Shown here piece by piece: positions 8,939-16,124 of a stretch of DNA of 36,702 bases. The first letter of the stretch is position 1. The number at the start of each line of letters is the position of its first letter. This DNA comes from a virus. Its lineage: Duplodnaviria; Caudoviricetes. Position numbers and translations under genes: made by a program. The DNA lies in IMG/VR virus record IMGVR_UViG_3300005573_000187, positions 1-36,702 of that record. One strand, written 5' to 3'. The notes under the pieces are model-generated. The model was not told the DNA's origin. It saw nothing but the letters and a program-made list of their open reading frames with translations, and searched no databases.

Positions 8939-9388
8939 ATGCCAGAAACAAACCAAGAAAAACTTCAAAAATACTTAAAAATTAAAAAAGAATTAGAAGA
9001 AGAAATTAAAAATAATGAAAACTGGCTTAAAGAAGCAAAAGAAAAAGATAATGAAATAGACATTGAGGTTGCTGAATGGAGTTTAGAAAGAAATCAATTA
9101 CTTCTGAATGCGGTTGAATTGGCCATCTCTGATATTAAAGAAAAGCGGGCTTATACTCTTATCTTGAAAAGTTATACAGAAGTGCCAGATTTTGTAAAAA
9201 CTATTGAGGCGGAAAATGTTATTAAAGCACTAAAAGAGTTTAAGAATTTATTGCCAGAATGGGATGATTTAGTAATCCTTAAAAGAATTGATTTTCCCAT
9301 AAATAATTTATCGGAAGAAGACAGGATAATTCTTAAATTATTGGACAAAATAAAGGAATTAGAAATTGAAAAATACAAAGCGGAATAA
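8939..9388 (+). CDS. Hypothetical coiled-coil protein
   Basis: 149 aa; AGGTCG leader at 8912. Confidence 0.7.
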   Translation: MPETNQEKLQKYLKIKKELEEEIKNNENWLKEAKEKDNEIDIEVAEWSLERNQLLLNAVELAISDIKEKRAYTLILKSYTEVPDFVKTIEAENVIKALKEFKNLLPEWDDLVILKRIDFPINNLSEEDRIILKLLDKIKELEIEKYKAE

Positions 9389-9421
9389 TTAAAAAAGGTC
9401 GCAAAAAAATAAGTAAAAACT

Positions 9422-10015
9422 ATGAAAAAATACAAATTAACAAAAGAAAAAATTGAACACAATGGTAGAACTCTTTATCGTATAGAAGCGTTAATTGATT
9501 TTAGTAATGTTAAAAAAGGACAAAAAGGAGGATTTATTGAAAAGGAAGATAACTTATCACACGAGGGTAAGGCGTGGGTTTATGATAATGCTTGTGTTTA
9601 TGGTGATGCTTGGGTTTCTGGTAATGCTCGGGTTTATGGTGATGCTCGGGTTTATGGTGATGCTCGGGTTTATGGTGATGCTTGGGTTTCTGGTAATGCT
9701 TGGGTTTCTGGTAATGCTCGGGTTTATGGTGATGCTCGGGTTTATGGTGATGCTCGGGTTTATGGTAATGCTTGGGTTTCTGGTAATGCTCGGGTTTATG
9801 GTAATGCTTGGGTTAATAAGCCAATAATGTTGGTTAGTGGATATTTCTATCATACCAAAAAAAAATCGGAAAAAATAGAAATAGTTGATACTTATGAAGA
9901 AGGATATGAAACACTGGCTTGTAATCCAAAAATAGAAGAAGAAAAACCAAGAAGTAAAAGGGTGAAAATCAGATTAACAGGAGGAGAAATTGTAGAAGGG
10001 GAAATTGTAGAATAA
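9422..10015 (+). CDS. Hexapeptide-repeat (left-handed beta-helix-like) phage protein, copy 1
   Basis: 14 x G[ND]A[RW]V[YS]-type repeats after 'TLYRIEAL...GGFIEKE.NLS'. Confidence 0.85.
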   Translation: MKKYKLTKEKIEHNGRTLYRIEALIDFSNVKKGQKGGFIEKEDNLSHEGKAWVYDNACVYGDAWVSGNARVYGDARVYGDARVYGDAWVSGNAWVSGNARVYGDARVYGDARVYGNAWVSGNARVYGNAWVNKPIMLVSGYFYHTKKKSEKIEIVDTYEEGYETLACNPKIEEEKPRSKRVKIRLTGGEIVEGEIVE

Positions 10016-10048
10016 TTAAAAAAGGTCGCAAAAAAATAAGTAAAAACT

Positions 10049-10642
10049 ATGAAAAAATACAAATTAACAAAAGAAAAAATTGAACACAATGGTAGAACTC
10101 TTTATCGTATAGAAGCGTTAATTGATTTTAGTAATGTTAAAAAAGGACAAAAAGGAGGATTTATTGAAAAGGAAGATAACTTATCACACGAGGGTAAGGC
10201 GTGGGTTTATGATAATGCTTGTGTTTATGGTGATGCTTGGGTTTCTGGTAATGCTCGGGTTTATGGTGATGCTCGGGTTTATGGTGATGCTCGGGTTTAT
10301 GGTGATGCTTGGGTTTCTGGTAATGCTTGGGTTTCTGGTAATGCTCGGGTTTATGGTGATGCTCGGGTTTATGGTGATGCTCGGGTTTATGGTAATGCTT
10401 GGGTTTCTGGTAATGCTCGGGTTTATGGTAATGCTTGGGTTAATAAGCCAATAATGTTGGTTAGTGGATATTTCTATCATACCAAAAAAAAATCGGAAAA
10501 AATAGAAATAGTTGATACTTATGAAGAAGGATATGAAACACTGGCTTGTAATCCAAAAATAGAAGAAGAAAAACCAAGAAGTAAAAGGGTGAAAATCAGA
10601 TTAACAGGAGGAGAAATTGTAGAAGGGGAAATTGTAGAATAA
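10049..10642 (+). CDS. Hexapeptide-repeat phage protein, copy 2
   Basis: Translation identical to 9422..10015. Confidence 0.85.
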   Translation: MKKYKLTKEKIEHNGRTLYRIEALIDFSNVKKGQKGGFIEKEDNLSHEGKAWVYDNACVYGDAWVSGNARVYGDARVYGDARVYGDAWVSGNAWVSGNARVYGDARVYGDARVYGNAWVSGNARVYGNAWVNKPIMLVSGYFYHTKKKSEKIEIVDTYEEGYETLACNPKIEEEKPRSKRVKIRLTGGEIVEGEIVE

Positions 10643-10691
10643 TTAAAAAAGGTCGTTAAATTAAGAAAAAATAAACTAAACATCTAAAAAA

Positions 10692-11213
10692 ATGGTATTA
10701 AAGACAATAGGAGCAATTTTAATAAGAGTTTCTATATTAGGTTTAATTTTCTTTTTTGTTTCTATTTTTTATGCAGATTATCGTTGGGAGAAAGAAATTG
10801 GAAATTATTGGAGTTTAGCAGATAAAAGTTCAACATTGGATGCTAAATCAGATTATATTGATAAATTTGTAGAAGCTCTTGAAAAAGCTAAACTTGCTGA
10901 ATATAATGCAATTTTCTTTAAAACACCTAATAATAATGTCAGAAAGAATATAGAAGCTCTTAAAACTCTTCAGGCTCGTTTGCACGAGATAAAATCAATG
11001 GATATTAATTCTTTTGCTTACCAGACGGCGATAGAACAAATTACTGCTCAAGAACAAGGTGAAGCAGATAAAATGTTAGAAGTAATTGAAGGAGGATGGG
11101 TTTTGGCAAATTATCCTTATGTATGGAGCTGGTTTGGTCTATTAATTTTGGGGGTAATTATTTTAATAGGAATAATTGGGATATATTCTTGGATATATTC
11201 TAAAGAAAGATGA
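10692..11213 (+). CDS. Membrane protein with N- and C-terminal TM helices
   Basis: Hydrophobic stretches at both ends flank a helical soluble domain. Confidence 0.75.
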   Translation: MVLKTIGAILIRVSILGLIFFFVSIFYADYRWEKEIGNYWSLADKSSTLDAKSDYIDKFVEALEKAKLAEYNAIFFKTPNNNVRKNIEALKTLQARLHEIKSMDINSFAYQTAIEQITAQEQGEADKMLEVIEGGWVLANYPYVWSWFGLLILGVIILIGIIGIYSWIYSKER

Positions 11214-11278
11214 ATATTCATTTAGATGAATATTAAGCCCCCAAAAGGGTCGTATTAAAAAAGAAAAAATAAAAAACT

Positions 11279-11665
11279 ATGATTCATTTTCGTTGTCCAA
11301 AATGTGGTAGTGAGATGAAACATACCGTTATTGCTACCAATCCTCCAATAGATTGTTTTAGATGTCCAAAATGTGGTTATCATTATGATTCTCATAGAGA
11401 AGAATCCGAAACTTGGATTGATATACCACTAGTAGAAAACAAATTCTCCCAACCAGAGGAAAAACTAAAAGGTTGGGGACTCTTTAAGGGAATAAAAATT
11501 GAAGAAGAAGATATAGAAAAAGCAAAAAATTTTGGAGACCCTGAAAAACAAGGATATATTGAGAAATGCAACCACAATTGGGTTTGGTATCCAGATGAAA
11601 CTTCTACTTGGAAATTTGCAGGATTTTGGAGGTGTAGTAAATGTGGACTATTTAGATTTAATTAA
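11279..11665 (+). CDS. Zinc-ribbon protein
   Basis: CPKCG x2 at the N-terminus; CNH...CSKCG at the C-terminus. Confidence 0.75.
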   Translation: MIHFRCPKCGSEMKHTVIATNPPIDCFRCPKCGYHYDSHREESETWIDIPLVENKFSQPEEKLKGWGLFKGIKIEEEDIEKAKNFGDPEKQGYIEKCNHNWVWYPDETSTWKFAGFWRCSKCGLFRFN

Positions 11666-11714
11666 CCCAATAATCCCAGCCAAAAAAAAGGTCGTTAAAT
11701 TAAGAAATAAAAAA

Positions 11715-12194
11715 ATGAATACATTAAAAAGTAAAATAATTAGGTTCTTTATAGTATTATTTCTAATAATGGGAATTGGCGTTTTTATGGGTTGGAAGTT
11801 ATACGATAAAACAAAAGGACAAAAAATTGTTAAAATTGAAATAGAAAAACCAGTTCAAATACCTGTTGAATGGAATGAGCCTGAATACATTGCGATGTGT
11901 TTTGAAAAAGGAGCCAGAGATTATGGAATAAATGAAGCGTTTTTTTGGGCAGTAAAAGAATGCGAGGGGTGCGAAACATTTAAAGTTTCTAATACTGGAG
12001 ATTATGGCGATTTATGTTTAAATTTTAATTGGGCCAAAAAATATGGAGCGAAAGATTTAAGCGATGTTCAAAATCCTTGTCAGGCTGTTAAATTTGCGGT
12101 TAACATTTTGAAAGACGGCGGGCTTCAAAGATGGACAAAATGGAGATGTATCCAAGAAAGATTAGTTTTTGAAGCGCCATCTCTTAAAAAATAA
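11715..12194 (+). CDS. Membrane-anchored lysozyme-like / lytic transglycosylase-like protein
   Basis: Start revised to ATG 11715 (20 nt after AGGTCG). N-terminal TM, then 'A.DYG......AVKECEG...DYG.L.LN..W...NP...W' resembling SLT/lysozyme-superfamily motifs. Confidence 0.5.
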   Translation: MNTLKSKIIRFFIVLFLIMGIGVFMGWKLYDKTKGQKIVKIEIEKPVQIPVEWNEPEYIAMCFEKGARDYGINEAFFWAVKECEGCETFKVSNTGDYGDLCLNFNWAKKYGAKDLSDVQNPCQAVKFAVNILKDGGLQRWTKWRCIQERLVFEAPSLKK

Positions 12195-12214
12195 TCATTA
12201 AAGCGGATTTTCAG

Positions 12215-12243
12215 AGCCAGCCATTTAGGGGCTGGCTTTTTTT
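12215..12243 (+). terminator. Rho-independent terminator at the convergence of the two central operons
   Basis: AGCCAGCC / GGCTGGCT stem, 7-nt loop, followed by a T-run; overlaps the stop of the opposite-strand HNH gene. Confidence 0.8.
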
Positions 12244-12620
12244 ATTTGTTCTAAAAGAAACTTTTTCTGGCTTTTCAACCAATTTAATCCATAATAACCC
12301 TTCATTTTCCTTCTTTCCTCATAAAGCATTGTTAATTTATCAAGCCATTCTCTGCCTCTTTTTTCAACAATTTTACCAGCAACAAGAGAATTTTGGCGAA
12401 TATGTAAATCAAAATGACAATTAGCGCACAAAACAACAAGATTTAGAGGTTCATAAGTAAGGCTTTTACATTTTTCTCTTGGAATAAAATGATGGACTAC
12501 CAATCTCCAATTCTTTCCGCATACTTCGCATTTTTTCCCGTATAATAAAAAAGCCAGTTGATACATTAACCTTTCGCATTCTTCTTTAATTAAAGTTTTT
12601 TCAGTTTTTCTGCGGGGCAT
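12225..12620 (-). CDS. HNH endonuclease (NinG-like)
   Basis: CEVCG...VHHFIPR...NLVVLCANCH...H. Confidence 0.85.
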   Translation of the reverse strand: MPRRKTEKTLIKEECERLMYQLAFLLYGKKCEVCGKNWRLVVHHFIPREKCKSLTYEPLNLVVLCANCHFDLHIRQNSLVAGKIVEKRGREWLDKLTMLYEERRKMKGYYGLNWLKSQKKFLLEQIKKASP

Positions 12621-13347
12621 TCGAATTAAATTTTACCGCCTGCTGATGATAGAAATAAAGTTTTTTCTTGATTTGTTCCCATAAATCAGGATTATATTCT
12701 ACATCAAATCTTTTTCTGGACAAATGCCAGCCAATCATATAAAGACGCATTTTATTTAGTTTTTTCGCTCTCATATAGGCAGTGCATTGATAAAGATAAT
12801 AAATAGGCAGGGTCTCATAAATTTCTGGCGTATCGTTTGTTTTAATTTCAATAATATCTCCGTTTGGCAATTCTAAATCTATCTTACAAACCAAAGAAAA
12901 TCCTTGTTTAAAATTAATCTCATATTTCTTTTCCTCAAAATTAAATAATTTCTGAATTCCTTGATGAATAATGGTTCCCCAATACATTCTTTTTAAATCC
13001 TCTAAATCTTTTAGCGGGGGTTCAAGAAACTTTTCTGGCGGCAATTGATTGGTAAAATACTGATAAAGTTCCGAAGCATAATAGCGACCTATTTTTCTTT
13101 CGTGCAATTCGTTTTCTTTAATAATGTTTTCCATTAATTTTTCATCTAACTCGGGAAAATCATCGTTAGAAGTTCCCAAAAACCAAGATTTCTCGCAGAG
13201 TTCTATTGCTTTTTGATAAAGAACTTCTGGTTCTGGCGGTTTTTTTGATTGAGAATATAAATTGCAAAGGCTACCAAAAAACATTGGTACCCTTGAAAGA
13301 TAAAAATCTCTTTTTTCGCTTATTCTTTCTTTTTTATTATAAAACAT
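12601..13347 (-). CDS. PD-(D/E)XK nuclease (Cas4/RecB-like exonuclease)
   Basis: 'ASEL', 'GTIIH', 'KID', 'IEIKT', 'YQCTAYM' motifs. Confidence 0.8.
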   Translation of the reverse strand: MFYNKKERISEKRDFYLSRVPMFFGSLCNLYSQSKKPPEPEVLYQKAIELCEKSWFLGTSNDDFPELDEKLMENIIKENELHERKIGRYYASELYQYFTNQLPPEKFLEPPLKDLEDLKRMYWGTIIHQGIQKLFNFEEKKYEINFKQGFSLVCKIDLELPNGDIIEIKTNDTPEIYETLPIYYLYQCTAYMRAKKLNKMRLYMIGWHLSRKRFDVEYNPDLWEQIKKKLYFYHQQAVKFNSNAPQKN

Positions 13348-13363
13348 TTATTTATTTATTATT

Positions 13364-13681
13364 TTATGACCTTTTTTTCCATACTATTCTTGCGATGGGT
13401 TGAATAAATGGTTTAATCCTTCCAATAACAGGCGAAACAAGGGTTTTAAGCACCTCATACATTCCAGAAGCCATTACCCAAATTTCTGCCAATATCTGAA
13501 AGAAATATCTCAATTGGTCAAGATGGGTTAAACTACCTCCAATCTTCACTATCGCATAACAAGTAGAAAAAGTAAACAAAAAAGCGTGGATTAAAAACCT
13601 ACTCGTTTCTAAATCAAACCTCTTTGATAACCATTTAAAAGCCTGAGTGGTTAACATTACAATAAAGGCGTCTCCAATCAT
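13364..13681 (-). CDS. Holin-like membrane protein
   Basis: 105 aa with 2-3 hydrophobic segments and 'ASG.YE..K', directly downstream of the amidase. Confidence 0.6.
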   Translation of the reverse strand: MIGDAFIVMLTTQAFKWLSKRFDLETSRFLIHAFLFTFSTCYAIVKIGGSLTHLDQLRYFFQILAEIWVMASGMYEVLKTLVSPVIGRIKPFIQPIARIVWKKRS

Positions 13682-13744
13682 ATTTTTTTAATGGTTATTT
13701 TGTTTGAATTATAGCGACCTTTTTATTAGTTTAGTATAATCCAT

Positions 13745-14230
13745 TTAGACCAATTTGTCCAATAATCCTTTAATTTGCTCTATAATTGCCTTCCTATCAA
13801 TGTTTTCACTGCTTACTCTTCGGTATATTTCAATCCAAACCATTAAATTATCGCCAGGACATAGTGTTTGCCATACTTCTCTATGACCTTTTATATTTTC
13901 TTTTTTAATGTTCCATTTTTTACAAAGATTATCAAGCAATTCTTTCAATGTTTTTAATTGCTCATCACTGGGTTTTTCTGTCATAAAATCTCCAGTTAAA
14001 CAAACACCGATAGATTTATCATTCCAGCCCCGAGCGTGAGCCCCCTCTTCATTTTCCGCTCTTCCCTGATATAATTTACCATTACTAACAATTAAATAAT
14101 GATATCCAATATAGTATCCCAAAGAACTTTTGAAATTCCAAAGTTGTCTATGATATTCATTTATTGATTCAAAAGTTGTTGTATCCCTTGGCGTGCCCGA
14201 ATGATGAACAATAATATAATCGGGTGTCAT
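13745..14230 (-). CDS. N-acetylmuramoyl-L-alanine amidase (Amidase_2, T7-lysozyme-like endolysin)
   Basis: IIVHHS, IGYHY, GR..GAHA.G.N..SIGVC..G, GHRE, CPG zinc-amidase motifs. Confidence 0.93.
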   Translation of the reverse strand: MTPDYIIVHHSGTPRDTTTFESINEYHRQLWNFKSSLGYYIGYHYLIVSNGKLYQGRAENEEGAHARGWNDKSIGVCLTGDFMTEKPSDEQLKTLKELLDNLCKKWNIKKENIKGHREVWQTLCPGDNLMVWIEIYRRVSSENIDRKAIIEQIKGLLDKLV

Positions 14231-14253
14231 TTTTTAATTATTTTTGGCGACCT

Positions 14254-14574
14254 TTATAAAATCAACCTTGAAAATGTTCTGGGGTCTCCCAAATCCTGCC
14301 TTTTGTATTTATCCCATTCAAAGTCAATTAGAGAATATGGTTTGCCATCTATTTTGCTTTTAAAAACATCGTTGCTTTTAACTCCTTCATTCAAACTCTC
14401 TGCGGGGATTATAATGTCCTCGTTTAGTTGCTCGCAGAATACCACCAAATCTTTTTTTTCTTTTTGGGCTTTTTCAACAATATAATCTCTAATAGAGGCA
14501 AAGAATTTTGTTTCTCCGTTAATTTTCTTTACAAATAATCTATTGATTTTTACTTTTAAACTTTCTTTTTTCAT
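14254..14574 (-). CDS. Hypothetical protein
   Basis: 106-aa ORF within the operon. Confidence 0.65.
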   Translation of the reverse strand: MKKESLKVKINRLFVKKINGETKFFASIRDYIVEKAQKEKKDLVVFCEQLNEDIIIPAESLNEGVKSNDVFKSKIDGKPYSLIDFEWDKYKRQDLGDPRTFSRLIL

Positions 14575-14579
14575 TTTAT

Positions 14580-14963
14580 TTATGATTCAATTACTGGTAT
14601 ATCATCAGAGGGTGAAACAAACCTTCCGTCTTTTTCAATCCAATCAGGGGGCGTTAAATAAACAACATCTTTTATTTTTCCGCTAATGTTAGATTTCACT
14701 ATCCAAACTTTTGCTTTTTTCCCCTGCCATTCACTTGTTTCCTCTCCATATCCGTCTATTAAACAATTCATTGTTGTTCGGTTAAATGTCAACAATCTAA
14801 CATCTCCCCTTTTTGTTTGAATTTTAAAAACATATCTCTCGCCATACTTTCCAGAAAGTAATTTTCCTTCATTTAAGATAATAATAATATCTCCGCTAAA
14901 AATATCTTTATTTGGTTTTGCCCATTCTATTTGAACAAAATTTTCTGTTTTTTGAACTTTCAT
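14580..14963 (-). CDS. Putative OB-fold ssDNA-binding protein
   Basis: 'GKYG...F', 'N.T....L...YG.E...W.GK' and acidic C-terminus DDIPVIES; ATG 14963 is 24 nt from the AGGTCG leader. Confidence 0.55.
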   Translation of the reverse strand: MKVQKTENFVQIEWAKPNKDIFSGDIIIILNEGKLLSGKYGERYVFKIQTKRGDVRLLTFNRTTMNCLIDGYGEETSEWQGKKAKVWIVKSNISGKIKDVVYLTPPDWIEKDGRFVSPSDDIPVIES

Positions 14964-14970
14964 TTTTTTA

Positions 14971-15153
14971 TTATTGTTCATTTTCTACGACCTTTTCTTG
15001 TTCATTAGAATTCTTTTTTAATAAACGAAAGAAAGTTGGTAAAGGAATGCCAATCACCTTTGATAACTCTTCCATTGTTAGTTTGTTCTTGTATTTCTCC
15101 CACGCATACTTAACTATATCTGATTTTATTTGAATTTTATATTTTCTTTTCAT
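14971..15153 (-). CDS. Small HTH DNA-binding regulator
   Basis: 'LTMEELSKVIGIPLPTFFRLLK' helix-turn-helix; start revised to ATG 15153 (25 nt after AGGTCG); first gene after the inward promoter. Confidence 0.75.
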   Translation of the reverse strand: MKRKYKIQIKSDIVKYAWEKYKNKLTMEELSKVIGIPLPTFFRLLKKNSNEQEKVVENEQ

Positions 15154-15215
15154 TTTATTTTTTTTATTTTGTTTTTTGCGACCTTTTATTTTTATTCTCA
15201 TCTCCATTTTAACAA

Positions 15216-15335
15216 ATTTTAACAAATTAAAAATTCTTGTCAAGGGGTAAAAAAAGATAAAAAATATAATAAGATCAATCCCCCGCAGATATATTAAAAT
15301 ATTATTGACATTTACTTTATTGATTTAATAAAATA
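15216..15335. repeat. Right copy of the inverted repeat / divergent promoter pair
   Basis: Inward (minus) TTGACA 15243-15238 N16 TAAAAT 15221-15216; outward (plus) TTGACA 15305 N18 TAAAAT 15329. Confidence 0.9.
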
Positions 15336-15350
15336 AAATCAGAATAAAAA

Positions 15351-15608
15351 ATGAAATACAAAATTGAAGAAATTAAAAATAAAATTTTGTGCGGGGACGC
15401 ATTGGAAGAATTGCGGAAAATTCCAGATAATTCTATTGATTGCATTATCACAAGTCCGCCCTATTGGGGATTGAGAGATTATCAAGTTGAAGGACAGATA
15501 GGATTAGAACCAACATTAGATTGTGGATTACAAGATTATGTAGTATTACGAGAAGATTTAACCAAAGAGGAAAGAGAATTTGTATTAAAAGAATTAGGTC
15601 TTTTATAA
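15351..15608 (+). CDS. DNA methyltransferase (N4-C/N6-A, beta class), N-terminal fragment
   Basis: 'ILCGDA...IPDNSIDCIITSPPYWGLRDY...QIGLEPT', containing catalytic motif IV SPPY. Confidence 0.88.
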   Translation: MKYKIEEIKNKILCGDALEELRKIPDNSIDCIITSPPYWGLRDYQVEGQIGLEPTLDCGLQDYVVLREDLTKEEREFVLKELGLL

Positions 15609-16108
15609 TGATGTCTAATTTTATAATGACAAGAACGGCAAAATGTAATTCCATTAGAAACATCAAAACGAAGTTCTGGAAAATTAGAAAAAGGTTTAAT
15701 ATGATGAGCCTCAATCCAACAATTTGTTTTTCCACACGCTTGACAAGTATATTTATCTCTTTCAAACACTGCTTTACGCCATTGTTTATATTCTTTACTT
15801 CGCCAAATTTTTATTCTTTCTTTGGTAATTCCTCCTTTCCAATTAAAATGTCTTTCTCCTTTTTGCCTACAACTTTTACAAAAATTAGATTTAAGCCAAA
15901 TGGGTTTACCGCAAATAGGACAAGGTTTTCTTTCTGTAAGAAGTTTTTTCCATTTTCCCCCCTTCCAATTCCAATGATTTTCTCCTTTTATAGTAGGTTT
16001 TCCAATACGGGAAAGAGAAATTTTTGCTTTAGTTTCAGGAGTATGTTTTTTGCCATAGAAGGGGTTATTTTTGCCAAAATATTTAAGTTTTTGAGTAGCA
16101 TATTTCAT
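15536..16108 (-). mobile_element. Free-standing NUMOD3/HNH homing endonuclease inserted antisense in the MTase
   Basis: 'NPFYGKKHTPETKAKIS' (NUMOD3), 'HWNWKGG' repeats, 'VFERDKYTCQACG...AHHIKP....PELRFDVSNGITFC.SCH'. Confidence 0.88.
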
Positions 16109-16124
16109 ATTCCCATTATAGAAA

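Larger units (their letters stand above)
9383..10655 (+). repeat. Tandem duplication with period 627 bp
   Basis: Both units encode identical 197-aa proteins and look identical at DNA level; GAATAATTAAAAAAGGTCG occurs at all three junctions (9383, 10010, 10637). Confidence 0.95.

Noticed and set aside
9566-9815. 18-nt tandem repeats as a CRISPR array or VNTR
   Set aside because: No unique spacers; they encode in-frame hexapeptide repeats. The alternative-frame ORFs (9495..9827, 9557..9853 and their duplicates) are by-products.
11208-11234. Palindrome ATGAATATTCAT with a short direct repeat; also AGCTGAAGAT twice at 28965 and 28984
   Set aside because: Short, isolated and plausible by chance in AT-rich DNA.
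12601-13347. Cas4 of a CRISPR system
   Set aside because: No cas1/cas2 or array, and no clear four-Cys cluster; stand-alone phage nuclease.
15536-16124. Group I intron
   Set aside because: The insert is almost entirely antisense ORF, leaving no room for a recognisable ribozyme core; not formally excluded without a covariance search.
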